Positions 1-10,954 of a stretch of DNA of 64,000 nt are shown here, piece by piece (the first letter of the stretch is position 1; each line of letters starts with the position of its first letter). This DNA comes from Longimicrobiales bacterium. GTDB taxonomy: Bacteria > Gemmatimonadota > Gemmatimonadetes > Longimicrobiales > Gaopeijiaceae. The stretch lies in assembly GCA_965116905.1 (NCBI GenBank), contig OZ220732.1, forward strand, positions 2,496,001 through 2,560,000, in the 5' to 3' direction. A program made the position numbers and the translations under genes. The notes under the pieces were generated by a model. That model was given only the letters and a program-made list of their open reading frames with translations. It made no database searches and was not told the DNA's origin.

Positions 1-14
1 GTGGGGAGGGATTT

Positions 15-761
15 GTGATGGTGAACGGGCATGGGAGAAGTGGTGGGAACGGTGGCGGGGCGAACGGAGTGATCATCCGCACGGAGGGGCTGCGCAAGTA
101 CTACGTGCTTGGAGCGGAGACCGTACGGGCGGTGCGGGGGGTGGATCTAAGGGTCAGCCGGGGCGAATTCGTGGCGATCATGGGGCCCTCGGGAAGCGGC
201 AAGTCCACGTTCATGAACCTGATCGGCTGCCTGGACACGCCGACCGACGGCCGCTACTGGCTGAATGGGCGAGAGGTGTCGGAGCTGTCGGACGACCAGC
301 TGGCGCGCGTCCGGAATCGCGACATCGGCTTCGTCTTTCAGACCTTCAACCTTCTGCCGCGGGCCTCGTCGCTGCACAACGTGGAACTGCCGCTCATCTA
401 CGCGGGGGTGCCCGCCAAGGTGCGCCGCAGGCTCGCCGAGGAGAAGCTCGAGCGCGTCGGCCTGGGCGACCGGATGCACCACAAGCCGCCCGAGCTTTCC
501 GGTGGGCAGCGCCAGCGCGTGGCCATCGCCCGGGCGCTCGTGAACGACCCCGCGCTGCTGCTGGCCGACGAGCCGACCGGGAACCTGGACTCCGCGACAT
601 CCCGCGAGATCGTCGAGATCCTCGTGGAGTTGAACTTGACGGGCCAGACGATTCTGCTGGTGACGCACGAACCCGACATTGCCGAGGCGGCGTCACGCCA
701 GATTCACCTGACCGATGGGCTGGTGGATCGCGATTTTTTCAACGAAGGGATGATGAATTGA
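15..761 (+). CDS. ABC transporter ATP-binding protein, MacB/LolD-like
   Basis: Walker A GPSGSGKS, signature [15 protein letters not shown], Walker [13 protein letters not shown]-loop VTHE. Confidence 0.95.
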   Translation: MMVNGHGRSGGNGGGANGVIIRTEGLRKYYVLGAETVRAVRGVDLRVSRGEFVAIMGPSGSGKSTFMNLIGCLDTPTDGRYWLNGREVSELSDDQLARVRNRDIGFVFQTFNLLPRASSLHNVELPLIYAGVPAKVRRRLAEEKLERVGLGDRMHHKPPELSGGQRQRVAIARALVNDPALLLADEPTGNLDSATSREIVEILVELNLTGQTILLVTHEPDIAEAASRQIHLTDGLVDRDFFNEGMMN

Positions 762-2386
762 TGCGACTGCAAGGATCAGGCGTGATGGGCGCCACCCTGC
801 TGACCGGGTTGGCCGTTGCCGCGTGCGAAGCCGAACCCGAGGCCGAGGCCGTCAGCGTACAGACCGTCGCCGCCGAGGTGCGCGACCTGCGGATCACCGC
901 CGAAGCGACCGGCGAACTGGAGCCGGTGCTGAAGGTCGAAGTGAAGTCCAAGGCGTCCGGAGAGATTCTCCAGCTTCACGTCGACTCGGGCGACGAGGTA
1001 GAGCCGGGAACCCTCCTGGCCGAGGTCGACCCGCGCGACGTCAACAATGCGTACGAGCAGGCCGAAGCGGACCTGGCGGTGGCGCGCGAGCGCATGAACA
1101 TCGCCGAGGCCCAGCGCGACCGCAGCAGGAATCTCCTGGACGTGGAGGTCATCACCGCGCAGGAATACGAGAGCAAGCAGCTGGAATACGCCAACGCCCA
1201 GTCGGCGCTGGTGCGGGCAAGCACGAATCTGGAGCTGGCCACGCTGCGCCGGACCGACGTGACCATTCGGGCGCCGATGGCGGGAACGATCCTTGAGAAG
1301 CTGGTCGAAGCCGGCCAGGTGATCCAGTCGGCGACCCAGAACGTGTCGGGCGGGACCACGCTCTTCATGATGGCCAACCTGGACGACATGAGGGTCCGCA
1401 CCCTGGTCGACGAGACCGACATGGGACAGCTCACCTCGGGGATGATCGCCACGGTGCAGGTCGAGGCCTTTCCGGACCGGACCTTTCGGGGTGAAATCGA
1501 GAAGATCGAGCCCCAGGCCGTGGTCAATCAGAACGTGACCATGTTTCCCGTCATCGTGTTGCTCGACAATCGCGCAGGCCTCCTCAAGCCGGGCATGAAT
1601 GCCGAGGTGGAGATCCTGGTCGATGAGCGCCTGCAGACCCTCACGGTGCCGAACAGCGCCGTGGTGCAGCCCTACGAGGTCGCGCCCGCGGCCGAGGTGC
1701 TGGGCCTCGATCCGCAGGCCGCCACCATCGACAACACCGTCTGGGGCGAGCTGATGGCTCAGGCTGCGGCGCGGGCCGGTGTCGAGGTGAACACGGCAGC
1801 GCGTGGCGGCTTCGGGCGCCCCGGCGCCGGTGGTGGTCCGGGGGCGGCCGAAATGGCGGGCATTCGCCAGAGAATCCAGTCAGGCGAGATCACGGCGGAT
1901 TCGGCACGCGCGCTTATGACCGCCATGCGCGAGGGTTCGGGAGGCCGCACGGAGGGGCAGGGGGAAGCCGCCGAGGCCGACGGGGCGGAGACGGCGCAGG
2001 CCGGCGAGGCCGGCGAGGCCGCGGGACCCGGCGAGGCCGGCGAGGCCGCGGGACCCGGCAGACCACGCGGTCCGGGTGGGGGCGCCATGGCGGGCAACCG
2101 GGGATTCGCCAGGGGAATGACGGGCGCCATGGGTGCCATGCGCGGCATGGGCGGCAGCATGGGAGATCCCTCCTTCAGTCCAGCCGTCGTGTTCGTGGTG
2201 GACGCACTCGGCAACATCACGCCGCGGCCCGTGGTGATGGGAATCGGTGACTACGACTACGCGGAGATCCTGGCCGGACTGGAGGAAGGCGAGGAAACCG
2301 CGATGATCGGCGCCGCCCAGCTCCAGGCGCAACAGCAGGAGCGCATGGAGCGGATGCGCGGCCGCATGCGCCCCTTCGGCGGATAA
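758..2386 (+). CDS. Efflux periplasmic adaptor / membrane fusion protein (MacA-like), lipoprotein-like N-terminus
   Basis: [11 protein letters not shown]...GDEV and [10 protein letters not shown] lipoyl half-motifs, coiled-coil hairpin, [11 protein letters not shown]; overlaps the ATPase stop. Confidence 0.92.
   Translation: MMRLQGSGVMGATLLTGLAVAACEAEPEAEAVSVQTVAAEVRDLRITAEATGELEPVLKVEVKSKASGEILQLHVDSGDEVEPGTLLAEVDPRDVNNAYEQAEADLAVARERMNIAEAQRDRSRNLLDVEVITAQEYESKQLEYANAQSALVRASTNLELATLRRTDVTIRAPMAGTILEKLVEAGQVIQSATQNVSGGTTLFMMANLDDMRVRTLVDETDMGQLTSGMIATVQVEAFPDRTFRGEIEKIEPQAVVNQNVTMFPVIVLLDNRAGLLKPGMNAEVEILVDERLQTLTVPNSAVVQPYEVAPAAEVLGLDPQAATIDNTVWGELMAQAAARAGVEVNTAARGGFGRPGAGGGPGAAEMAGIRQRIQSGEITADSARALMTAMREGSGGRTEGQGEAAEADGAETAQAGEAGEAAGPGEAGEAAGPGRPRGPGGGAMAGNRGFARGMTGAMGAMRGMGGSMGDPSFSPAVVFVVDALGNITPRPVVMGIGDYDYAEILAGLEEGEETAMIGAAQLQAQQQERMERMRGRMRPFGG
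2001..2059 (+). repeat. 27-bp in-frame tandem duplication (GEAGEAAGP x2)
   Basis: CCGGCGAGGCCGGCGAGGCCGCGGGAC at 2001-2027 and 2028-2054, plus a partial third copy. Confidence 0.9.
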
Positions 2387-2396
2387 GGAGCCACCG

Positions 2397-3611
<1,215 letters not shown>

Positions 3612-3616
3612 CCGGG

Positions 3617-3640
3617 GTGATAGCAGTCTGCTATCACTTT
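3617..3640. terminator. Inverted repeat between convergent genes; possible terminator or operator
   Basis: GTGATAGCAG-T-CTGCTATCAC followed by TTT, 6 nt after the permease stop. Confidence 0.5.
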
Positions 3641-3702
3641 GCTAGCGCGGGCGGTTGCTGGTGCGGCTGGTTGCTGGTGCGGGTGGTTGCTAGCGCGGGT
3701 AG
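3639..3702. repeat. 16-bp tandem repeat x4
   Basis: TTGCTAGCGCGGGCGG / TTGCTGGTGCGGCTGG / TTGCTGGTGCGGGTGG / TTGCTAGCGCGGGTAG; the last unit holds the PDZ gene stop. Confidence 0.85.
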
Positions 3703-4676
3703 GCGATACTCAGGCGGTCTCCCTCACGCACGATCGTAAGCTGCACCGGATAGGCAGCTTGCGTGAGCAGGGCGCGCAGCTCCATCACCGTGCCCGCCGT
3801 GTCGCCGCCCACGGTAACAATGACGTCTCCCGCCCGAATTCCGGCCCCTGCCGCAGGACTGTAGCCGATGACTTCGGTGACGAGGACGCCCGAGCCGACT
3901 CCGAAATACTGTTCCAGCTCGCTGGTCAGGTCGCGGACGAACGCGCCGCCGAGGACCACCGGGGTGCTGAGGATGAACGGGGCAAGCAGGTTGGGCCGGC
4001 CGGACTCGACAAAACCGATACGGATGGGCCCGGGCCCCCCGCCGCCTCCGCCGTCCTCGGGCGCCGCGGGATCCCGGAGACGCTGTTCAGCTTCGCCTAC
4101 CTCCACTCTCACCCGGGCCTCGGCGATCATCGCGCGCGTTGACTCCCATAGCCGCCGCTCGGCGGAGAGCATGCCCTCGGCGACGTCACCCCAGTCCACC
4201 ACCACCTGGAACAGCGAATCGATGTGCCGGCTCATGCGAGCCTGGGTGTCGAAGAAGCGCTCCATGACGACGACCGGCTGCAGCGTCGCGGGACGAGTCC
4301 CGGCGACAACCGGCAGGTCGTGTTCATCGGCGCCGCGCTGCACCGTAAGATGCAGGGTCTGGCCGGCCCCGACCGTGCCCACCGCGGCGAGCCACGCCTC
4401 CCAGCTCGGGAGACGGCTGCCGTTTACGGCCACGACCCGGTCTCCGGACATGACGCCGCCCAGGTCGGCCGGACCGGACTGGTACACGTCCGCGATCACG
4501 AAGTCGAAAACGGTGCTGTCCGCGCTCGGGATCACGGTCATGTCGACGTCCAGGCGAATGCCCAGCCAGCCGCCCCCTTCGCTCCCTGCCGACACCCGGC
4601 TCGGGTCCTGCGGTGCCGCGGCCGCGGGCAGTCCGGCCCACAGCGTGCCGAGAACGAGGAGGGAGCGGAATCTCAT
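3690..4676 (-). CDS. Secreted protein with two PDZ domains and no protease domain
   Basis: Signal peptide MRFRSLLVLGTLWAGLPAAAA; GWLGI...GPADLGGVMSGDRVVAVNG and GVLVTEV..SPAAGAGIRAGDVIVTVGG; start moved to ATG 4676. Confidence 0.85.
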   Translation of the reverse strand: MRFRSLLVLGTLWAGLPAAAAPQDPSRVSAGSEGGGWLGIRLDVDMTVIPSADSTVFDFVIADVYQSGPADLGGVMSGDRVVAVNGSRLPSWEAWLAAVGTVGAGQTLHLTVQRGADEHDLPVVAGTRPATLQPVVVMERFFDTQARMSRHIDSLFQVVVDWGDVAEGMLSAERRLWESTRAMIAEARVRVEVGEAEQRLRDPAAPEDGGGGGGPGPIRIGFVESGRPNLLAPFILSTPVVLGGAFVRDLTSELEQYFGVGSGVLVTEVIGYSPAAGAGIRAGDVIVTVGGDTAGTVMELRALLTQAAYPVQLTIVREGDRLSIAYPR

Positions 4677-4681
4677 CGTAC

Positions 4682-5344
4682 TCAATGCCAGTTCGCCTGG
4701 CTTATCTGCCGAAGGGTCTGCTGCCTCTCTGCGAGCGTGCTCACCACCAGCCCGTTGAAGAACTGGTCCGCCGGCGATTCCTCCACCGCGGCCCGGCTCG
4801 CGGCGAGCAGGGCGTCGATGGCGGCGAGCCTCACGGCCGGATCTCCCGGCAATTCGCGTTCGCTCTGGGCGCCCAGCAGGCGGCGGAACTCGGCAAACGC
4901 GACCGACCAATCCTGCTCGGCCTCCTGCACCGCCAGCATGGCCTCTTCCAGCGACGCGAAGGACACCGTTCCCGTCTCCACCGCCTCCGAACCGGCGGCG
5001 AGTCCGTCCGAGGGCCCGGCGGGAGCACCGCCCGCGGCCCAGCCGAACGCGGTTCCCCCGGTGAACAGCACGAGTCCGGCGGCAATCCGCGTCCACTTGC
5101 GCCAGAACGCGGGATCCCTGCGCCTGCCGCGGATAAGACCCTCCGCAACCAGCCTGTCCTCCAAATCCGGCCAGCCGTCGGGAGGCGGCAGCACGGCGGG
5201 CAGGTCCCTCAACGCTCCCTTCTGGGCCCGCAGCGCCTCCAGCTCGCGCTGCAGGTCGGGATCCGCGTCGAGGATTGCCTTTTCTTCCGGTGTCGGCCGT
5301 TCGTCGACCAGCCGAGCCAACTGTTCGAGACTCAAACGCTCCAT
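4682..5344 (-). CDS. Putative membrane-anchored anti-sigma factor
   Basis: Overlaps the ECF sigma 3' end; LSLEQLARLVD N-domain without zinc Cys, one TM (IAAGLVLFTGGTAFGW), helical C-terminus. Confidence 0.7.
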   Translation of the reverse strand: MERLSLEQLARLVDERPTPEEKAILDADPDLQRELEALRAQKGALRDLPAVLPPPDGWPDLEDRLVAEGLIRGRRRDPAFWRKWTRIAAGLVLFTGGTAFGWAAGGAPAGPSDGLAAGSEAVETGTVSFASLEEAMLAVQEAEQDWSVAFAEFRRLLGAQSERELPGDPAVRLAAIDALLAASRAAVEESPADQFFNGLVVSTLAERQQTLRQISQANWH

Positions 5345-5937
5345 GCTTCCACTTCCTTGGGCTGTGTTTCGAAACCTCTCAGCATGCGCCTCATCTTTGC
5401 CCGCGCCTTGAACAACTGCGACTTCGACGTGCCCGAGGTCACCCCCAGGGCGGTGCCGATTTCCTCGTGTGTATAGCCTTCCACGTCGTGCAGGATCAAC
5501 ACCTTCCTCATTCCCTCCGGAAGCTCGTCCAAAGCCTGTTCCAGCTTCCGCGCCAGCAGGGCGTCGCCGACCTGCGGAGCTACGGCCACGACCTCGGGCA
5601 GCGGCACTTCACGCATCCTCCGCGTCTTCGCCTTCCTGACCGCCTGCAGTGCGGTGTTTACCGCGATCCGGTGCAGCCAGGTCGAAAAGCGGGCTTCACC
5701 CCGGAAGGACGGCAGGGCGCGCAGGGCCCGTATCCACGTCTCCTGGGCATAGTCGTGCGCCAGGTCGTCGTCACCCGCGATGCGACGCACGACGGCGTAC
5801 ACCCGCGGGGAATACCGGTCATAGAGCGCCCGGACGGCCTGTCCGTCTCCATCACACGCTCGGCGTATCAGCTGGGCTTCGATGTGTCGGATCCAGTTGT
5901 GGGCCGGGTTTGCTGTCTTTCGAGGATTGAGATGCAA
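5332..5937 (-). CDS. ECF sigma-70 factor
   Basis: Region 2 DYAQETWIRALRALPSFRGEARFSTWLHRIAVN; region 4 LHDVEGYTHEEIG..GTSKSQLFKAR; start uncertain. Confidence 0.93.
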   Translation of the reverse strand: MHLNPRKTANPAHNWIRHIEAQLIRRACDGDGQAVRALYDRYSPRVYAVVRRIAGDDDLAHDYAQETWIRALRALPSFRGEARFSTWLHRIAVNTALQAVRKAKTRRMREVPLPEVVAVAPQVGDALLARKLEQALDELPEGMRKVLILHDVEGYTHEEIGTALGVTSGTSKSQLFKARAKMRRMLRGFETQPKEVEAWSV

Positions 5938-6062
5938 TCACTCCGGCCAGGGGTTGCACCCCTCGAAAGGTTCCACATGTGTGCCCTGCATGCCAGCTTT
6001 ACCCCTGTCCCGCCGCGGCACGTCTCCGCGGACCCCGATTCCTCGACCTCTCCGACGATCCC

Positions 6063-7253
6063 ATGACCGAGTCCAGTCCTGCGCTTCCCGGAGCCAGCCA
6101 TCTCGAGTGCACCGCCACCGGCGCCATCTTCGACTCCGAGACTCTTCGTGGCCTTTCGCCCGCCGGCAAGCCCCTCTTCGCCCGCTACGATCTCGATGCG
6201 ATCCGCACCCGCTTCACCCCCGAGGCGGTCGCGCGCAGAGCCCCGACGCTCTGGCGGTATGAAGAGGTCCTGCCGGTGCGGGACCGTGCCTGCCAGATCA
6301 GCCTCGGCGAGGGCTTCACGCCGCTGCTGGAGTCGCCGCGCCTGGCGGACCGCGTGGGCGTGCGCCGCCTGTGGGTCAAGGACGAGGGACAGAACCCGAC
6401 CGGCTCGTTCAAGGATCGGGGCCTGTGCATGGCGGTCTCGCGCGCACTCGAGCTGGGCGCGCGGGAGCTAGCGATTCCGTCGGCGGGCAACGCGGCGGGG
6501 TCGGCGGCGGCGTATGGCGCGGCCGCGGGCTTGCCGGTTCACGTGGTCGTGCCCCTGGACACGCCGGTCGCGATCCTGGCCGAGATCCGCGCGCTCGGTG
6601 CCGAGCTGGACCTCCTGGACGGCCTGATCAGCGACTGCGGCAGGGTCGTGCGCGAGCGGTGCGACGAGGACGGGTGGTGGGACCTGTCCACCCTGAAGGA
6701 GCCGTACCGCGTAGAGGGAAAGAAGACAATGGGCTACGAGCTCTTCGAGCAGCTGGGCGGACGGCTGCCCGACGCGATCGTCTATCCGACGGGCGGCGGC
6801 ACCGGCCTGATCGGCATGTGGAAGGCCTTCGCCGAGATGGAGGCGCTTGGCTGGATCGGGGCCGAGAGGCCGCGGATGTTCACCGTGCAGGCGACCGGCT
6901 GCGCTCCGATGGTGCGGGCGTGGGAACAGGGCCTGGAGGACGCGGGGCTGTGGGAGGACGCGGCCACGTTCGCGGCGGGCCTGAGGGTTCCGGGGGCCGT
7001 GGGCGACTTCCTCATCCTGCGTGCGCTGCGGGAATCGGGGGGCGGGGCGGTCGCGGTCACCGACCACGCAATGGCTCAATGGGTCGAGACCATGGGCGCC
7101 GCAACGGGGATCTTCGGGGCGCCGGAGGGCGGGGCGACCGCGGCGGCGGTGCCCCGACTGCTGGAGATGGGACTGATCCGCGACAGCGACGAAGTCGTGC
7201 TCTTCAACACGGGCAGCGGGCTGAAGTACGTCGGGATGGAGCCGGTGGACTGA
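6063..7253 (+). CDS. thrC: Threonine synthase (PLP-dependent, fold type II)
   Basis: LGEGFTPL, NPTGSFKDRG (PLP lysine), EGKKTMGYE, PTGGGTG, NTGSGLKY; start taken at ATG 6063. Confidence 0.8.
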   Translation: MTESSPALPGASHLECTATGAIFDSETLRGLSPAGKPLFARYDLDAIRTRFTPEAVARRAPTLWRYEEVLPVRDRACQISLGEGFTPLLESPRLADRVGVRRLWVKDEGQNPTGSFKDRGLCMAVSRALELGARELAIPSAGNAAGSAAAYGAAAGLPVHVVVPLDTPVAILAEIRALGAELDLLDGLISDCGRVVRERCDEDGWWDLSTLKEPYRVEGKKTMGYELFEQLGGRLPDAIVYPTGGGTGLIGMWKAFAEMEALGWIGAERPRMFTVQATGCAPMVRAWEQGLEDAGLWEDAATFAAGLRVPGAVGDFLILRALRESGGGAVAVTDHAMAQWVETMGAATGIFGAPEGGATAAAVPRLLEMGLIRDSDEVVLFNTGSGLKYVGMEPVD

Positions 7254-7264
7254 CCGGGCTCCGG

Positions 7265-7807
7265 TCAGTTCGACTGCCGCCTGCGGTAGCTGAATTCCGG
7301 CAGCGGGACCAGACCCGTGCGAAGCGGGGGGACCAGTTCCGCGGTCGGGCGTTTGACGGCCAGCGCGCGGTTGAGGTGAAGCGTGAAGGCGGCGTTGTGC
7401 CGGGATCCGAAGTCCCAGCCCACCCCCACGGGAAGCCGCGCGACCAGTCCGGCTCCGGTGCCGCCCTCCTCCCGCGCGACAATTCCCCACAGGCCGAAGC
7501 CCACGAACGGCTCCACCGAACGGGACCCCAGGTACTGCTTGGCCGTCACCGACACGCTGAGGTCCCGGAGCCGCCAGGTGCCCACCTGGACCTCCACACC
7601 CTGGTGATCCCAGCGGTATTCGCCGACGAGCGCGGCCATGCTGGCGCCGAACACGGACACGCCGAATCGGTACTGGGCGGAAAGCGGGGCGGCGCCGGCG
7701 ACGGCCAGGAGGCAGGACAGCGACAGCGCGGGGAGGATTCGCCGCCGCGCACCCTCGGCACCGGGTCGGACCGGCCGGTTGCGAGGGCGGGGGGGCGATG
7801 GGATCAT
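7265..7807 (-). CDS. Hypothetical secreted protein, possibly a small outer-membrane beta-barrel
   Basis: Signal peptide ending APLSA-Q, then amphipathic beta-strands (QYRFGVSVFG, PFVGFGLWG, LPVGVGWDF). Confidence 0.6.
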   Translation of the reverse strand: MIPSPPRPRNRPVRPGAEGARRRILPALSLSCLLAVAGAAPLSAQYRFGVSVFGASMAALVGEYRWDHQGVEVQVGTWRLRDLSVSVTAKQYLGSRSVEPFVGFGLWGIVAREEGGTGAGLVARLPVGVGWDFGSRHNAAFTLHLNRALAVKRPTAELVPPLRTGLVPLPEFSYRRRQSN

Positions 7808-7857
7808 GATGGGCGAGTATAACGTGGCCGATTCCGGGCTTCCAGGTTGATGCATCG

Positions 7858-8820
7858 ATGACGTCTCGCACGCGTGGGTCATTGCCCCGCCAGGGGTGGC
7901 AGACCCTGTCGGCACCGCTGGTGGGCCTGTTGGCGTTGCTGTTGGGCCTGTCGGCGGCGTGTGCCGGTGCGGACGATGGCGCCGTGCCGGCACCTCCGCT
8001 CCCGGAGACTGCGCTGACCCGCTATGCGCCCGACTCGTTGCGCGTCGTCCCTCTGAGCCAGGGCGTCCACTATCGCTACCTCTGGTCGCCGGCCGGGCCG
8101 TGGGCGATCCACCTGGTCTCGGCCGACCTCGACCGCTGTCAGCTGGACCTGAGGGTGGTTCCGGCGCTGGCCGCGGACGGAGCCACCCGGACTCGGAAGG
8201 CCGTCTCGGATATGCGGCCATCGGCCGATGCGGATGTACAGGTGCTCGCCGGGGTCAACGGGGACTTCTTCGCCGCGGACGGGACTCCGGTGGGACCTGA
8301 GGTCACCCGCTCGACCCGGCGTGTCTCGGAACGGCCTGCGCTTGCGTGGGGACGGGACCGGGTGCTTCGGATCGGGCCGGGCGACACGGAGGTGGACACT
8401 GCCGGCGTGACCGCACAGGTCATCGGGGGCTTTCCCGAGCTCCTGGACGGTGGAACCCCGGTGGGGGATCTGGGGATTGCCGAACGTCCCTCTTTCGCCG
8501 CCGCGCGGCACCCGCGCACCGCGGCCGGCCTGGACGTTCAGAGCGGGGTGCTGTGGATCGTCGTCGTCGACGGGCGGCAGATGCCGTATTCCGACGGGAT
8601 GTCCCTTCCGGAACTGACCGAGCTCTTCCTGTCCCTCGGAGTGGATGAAGCGCTGAACCTCGACGGTGGCGGCTCGTCCGCGATGTCCGCGGGCGGACGC
8701 ATCGTCAACCGGCCATCGGATACGGACGGAGAGCGCGCGGTAGCGAACAGCCTGTGGCTCGTGCTCGACGAGGCCGGGTGTCAGCGGCCCTTGTCCCAGG
8801 CAAGCGAAAGCCCCAGGTAG
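7858..8820 (+). CDS. Phosphodiester glycosidase family (NAGPA/DUF2233) lipoprotein
   Basis: GVNGDFF, HPRTAAG, VDGRQ, ALNLDGGGSSAM, RAVANSL; lipobox-like LSAAC. Confidence 0.9.
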   Translation: MTSRTRGSLPRQGWQTLSAPLVGLLALLLGLSAACAGADDGAVPAPPLPETALTRYAPDSLRVVPLSQGVHYRYLWSPAGPWAIHLVSADLDRCQLDLRVVPALAADGATRTRKAVSDMRPSADADVQVLAGVNGDFFAADGTPVGPEVTRSTRRVSERPALAWGRDRVLRIGPGDTEVDTAGVTAQVIGGFPELLDGGTPVGDLGIAERPSFAAARHPRTAAGLDVQSGVLWIVVVDGRQMPYSDGMSLPELTELFLSLGVDEALNLDGGGSSAMSAGGRIVNRPSDTDGERAVANSLWLVLDEAGCQRPLSQASESPR

Positions 8821-10940
8821 CCGCCGCGGTCGGGTCCGGGCTCGAAGAACCGTCCTCCGAAGGCGTTGACCACCACCGACGACGCGTAGCGGACGTTGGT
8901 GAGGTTCGTGATGGCCGCGAAGGGCGACACACGCACGTTCCCCGCCCGGATGCCGGACGCTCCGGCGCGCAGTTCGACCAGCGTGTAGCCCTCGGCGCTG
9001 GCGTCGTTGGCATCGTTTGCGGGCACCTCGCCGCGGCGCTCGACGCGCAGTTCGCCGAACCACGGCCCGCCTCCCGCCCGCAGGCTGGCCTCGAGCCGGT
9101 GAGGGGCGATCCCGGGAACGCGGTTGCCGTCGAAGGTGTTGTCCCCCACCGAGAACTCGGTGAACCGGGCGCTGACGTACCCGTAGGCCACGCGGGCGGT
9201 CAGGACCGGCGACAGCACGGCCCGCGCCGACGCCTCGAAACCGCGCACGGTGGACCGTCCCGCGTTGCGGTAGAAGCGCCGTCCGGGCGCGGTCGGGACC
9301 TCGAACGGCACCAGCTGGTTGGACAGGCTCGACGCGAAGGCGGTGAGGTCGTAGGTGGAGCGACTGCCCAGCACGCCGCGGAGTCCGCCTTCGGTCGTCC
9401 ACCCGCTCTGAGGCTCCAGGCCGGGGTTGAAGCCGCCCGCGCGCGTGGGCTGATTGGCGAGTTCGGTGGTGGTCGGCGTCTCGAAGGACCGCGCCAGCGA
9501 CGCGAACAGGCCGTGGTCCCCCAGATCGATGTGGAAGCCCAGCGACGGATTCAGCCCGGTCATGGTGCGGGAGCCGGAGTCGTCGGGATTGTCTGCCCGG
9601 ACAAAGCGATCGTAGGCGGTGAAGTCGAAGTGGTCGAACCGCAGTGCCCCCATGACGCTCAGCCGCCCGGCCACGGGGACGCGAAGCTGACCGAATACGG
9701 CCGCCGCGCGAACTCGCTCGTCCTGATCGAGAACCAGGCTGCCGCGCTCGCCGCCCTCGTTGACGAAGTTCTGCCGGTCGTCGCTCTGGAGCTCGCTCTC
9801 CAGTCCGAAGTCGAACCGGCCCGCACCCGCCTGCGTGTCCCATTCCCGCCCGAGGGCGAGGCGCACGCCCCCACCGTTGCGGGCGAGGTCGATCACGCGC
9901 GTGGGGATGGGGTTGTCCAGCTCGCGCCTCACGCCGTAGGCCGAAAACGCGCCCTCCAGTCCCCCGACGCCACCGGTCCAGCTGACGCCGGCCTGACCCT
10001 GGCGGACGTACTTCCGGGTGCGGCGGGCCACGTTGAACCCCCACGCCTGGTTGCTCCCCTCGTCGAAGAGGGTGGCCGGGAGGGAACCCGCGTTGAGCGC
10101 GTCGAGGTCGAGGCCGTTCAGTTGCACGGCCAGGGTGCCGCCGCCGACCGCCGTCGTGAACCCCGCATTGAGGGTGGTGCGGTCCGCCTGGCTGTACGGG
10201 TCCTCGCCGGACTCCGAGGCGTTGTTCCGGAAGCCGTCGAAGTTTGTGCGGGCCACGCTGGCGCGGAAGCCGACCGCCCCGGCCGTGCCCGATCCGGTGG
10301 CCTGCATCCTCAGCAGCCCGTCCGACCCCGTCACGAAGGTGGCTTCCTGGCTGTAGCTTCCCGCGTACGGCTCCGCGCTGCGAAACAGGAGGACTCCGCC
10401 CGCGCCGTTGCCGAACACCGCCGCCGCCGGGCCGCGCAGCGCCTCCACGCGGCCGAGCGATCCGATGTCCAGGTGGTCGAGCGTGCTCTGGCCGTCGGGA
10501 AGCGTCGCGGGTATCCCGTCCACGAGGATCTTGATCCCGCGCACGCCGAACTGGGAGCGTGCGCCGAACCCGCGGATCGAGATGCGCTCGCCGACCGCCG
10601 GGTTGTAGCGGTTCTGCACGCGCACGCCGGGGAGCGTGTGCAGCGCCTCCTCGATCGACAGGCCGGAGTTGCCCAGCGCCAGGTCGGGGCCGGCGATGAT
10701 CGAAGCCGAGAAGGGAAGCCTGTCGAGACGCACGGGCGAGCGCAGCACGGAAACGACGATGGGCGAGAGCTCGACGGTGTCCGCCGCCTCGGTCTGGGCC
10801 GTGGCGGGCAGGGCGGTGAGGAGGATCGCCGCGCCGAGGGTCGTGATCGCCCCGGCGCGCGCCAGGGCGAGGACGCGCACACAAAGGGCCACGCGCGCAC
10901 GGAGGACGCAGAGGGAGAGTTGTGGGGTTCGCATGGGCAC
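8781..10940 (-). CDS. TonB-dependent receptor
   Basis: Plug ISIRGFG...ILVDGIP, RVEALRGPAAAVFGNGAGGV; C-terminal NLTN..Y...FEPGPDR; overlaps the convergent NAGPA gene by 40 bp. Confidence 0.93.
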   Translation of the reverse strand: MPMRTPQLSLCVLRARVALCVRVLALARAGAITTLGAAILLTALPATAQTEAADTVELSPIVVSVLRSPVRLDRLPFSASIIAGPDLALGNSGLSIEEALHTLPGVRVQNRYNPAVGERISIRGFGARSQFGVRGIKILVDGIPATLPDGQSTLDHLDIGSLGRVEALRGPAAAVFGNGAGGVLLFRSAEPYAGSYSQEATFVTGSDGLLRMQATGSGTAGAVGFRASVARTNFDGFRNNASESGEDPYSQADRTTLNAGFTTAVGGGTLAVQLNGLDLDALNAGSLPATLFDEGSNQAWGFNVARRTRKYVRQGQAGVSWTGGVGGLEGAFSAYGVRRELDNPIPTRVIDLARNGGGVRLALGREWDTQAGAGRFDFGLESELQSDDRQNFVNEGGERGSLVLDQDERVRAAAVFGQLRVPVAGRLSVMGALRFDHFDFTAYDRFVRADNPDDSGSRTMTGLNPSLGFHIDLGDHGLFASLARSFETPTTTELANQPTRAGGFNPGLEPQSGWTTEGGLRGVLGSRSTYDLTAFASSLSNQLVPFEVPTAPGRRFYRNAGRSTVRGFEASARAVLSPVLTARVAYGYVSARFTEFSVGDNTFDGNRVPGIAPHRLEASLRAGGGPWFGELRVERRGEVPANDANDASAEGYTLVELRAGASGIRAGNVRVSPFAAITNLTNVRYASSVVVNAFGGRFFEPGPDRGGYLGLSLAWDKGR

Positions 10941-10954
10941 GTGGTCGCTGTGGG

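Noticed and set aside
3617..3637. FitA/VapB-type operator relic (TGATAGCA/TGCTATCA)
   Set aside because: No adjacent TA gene; its place between convergent stops is explained more simply by a terminator.
3639..3702. Possible mini-CRISPR
   Set aside because: 16-bp units abut with no spacers, and there are no cas genes in the window.
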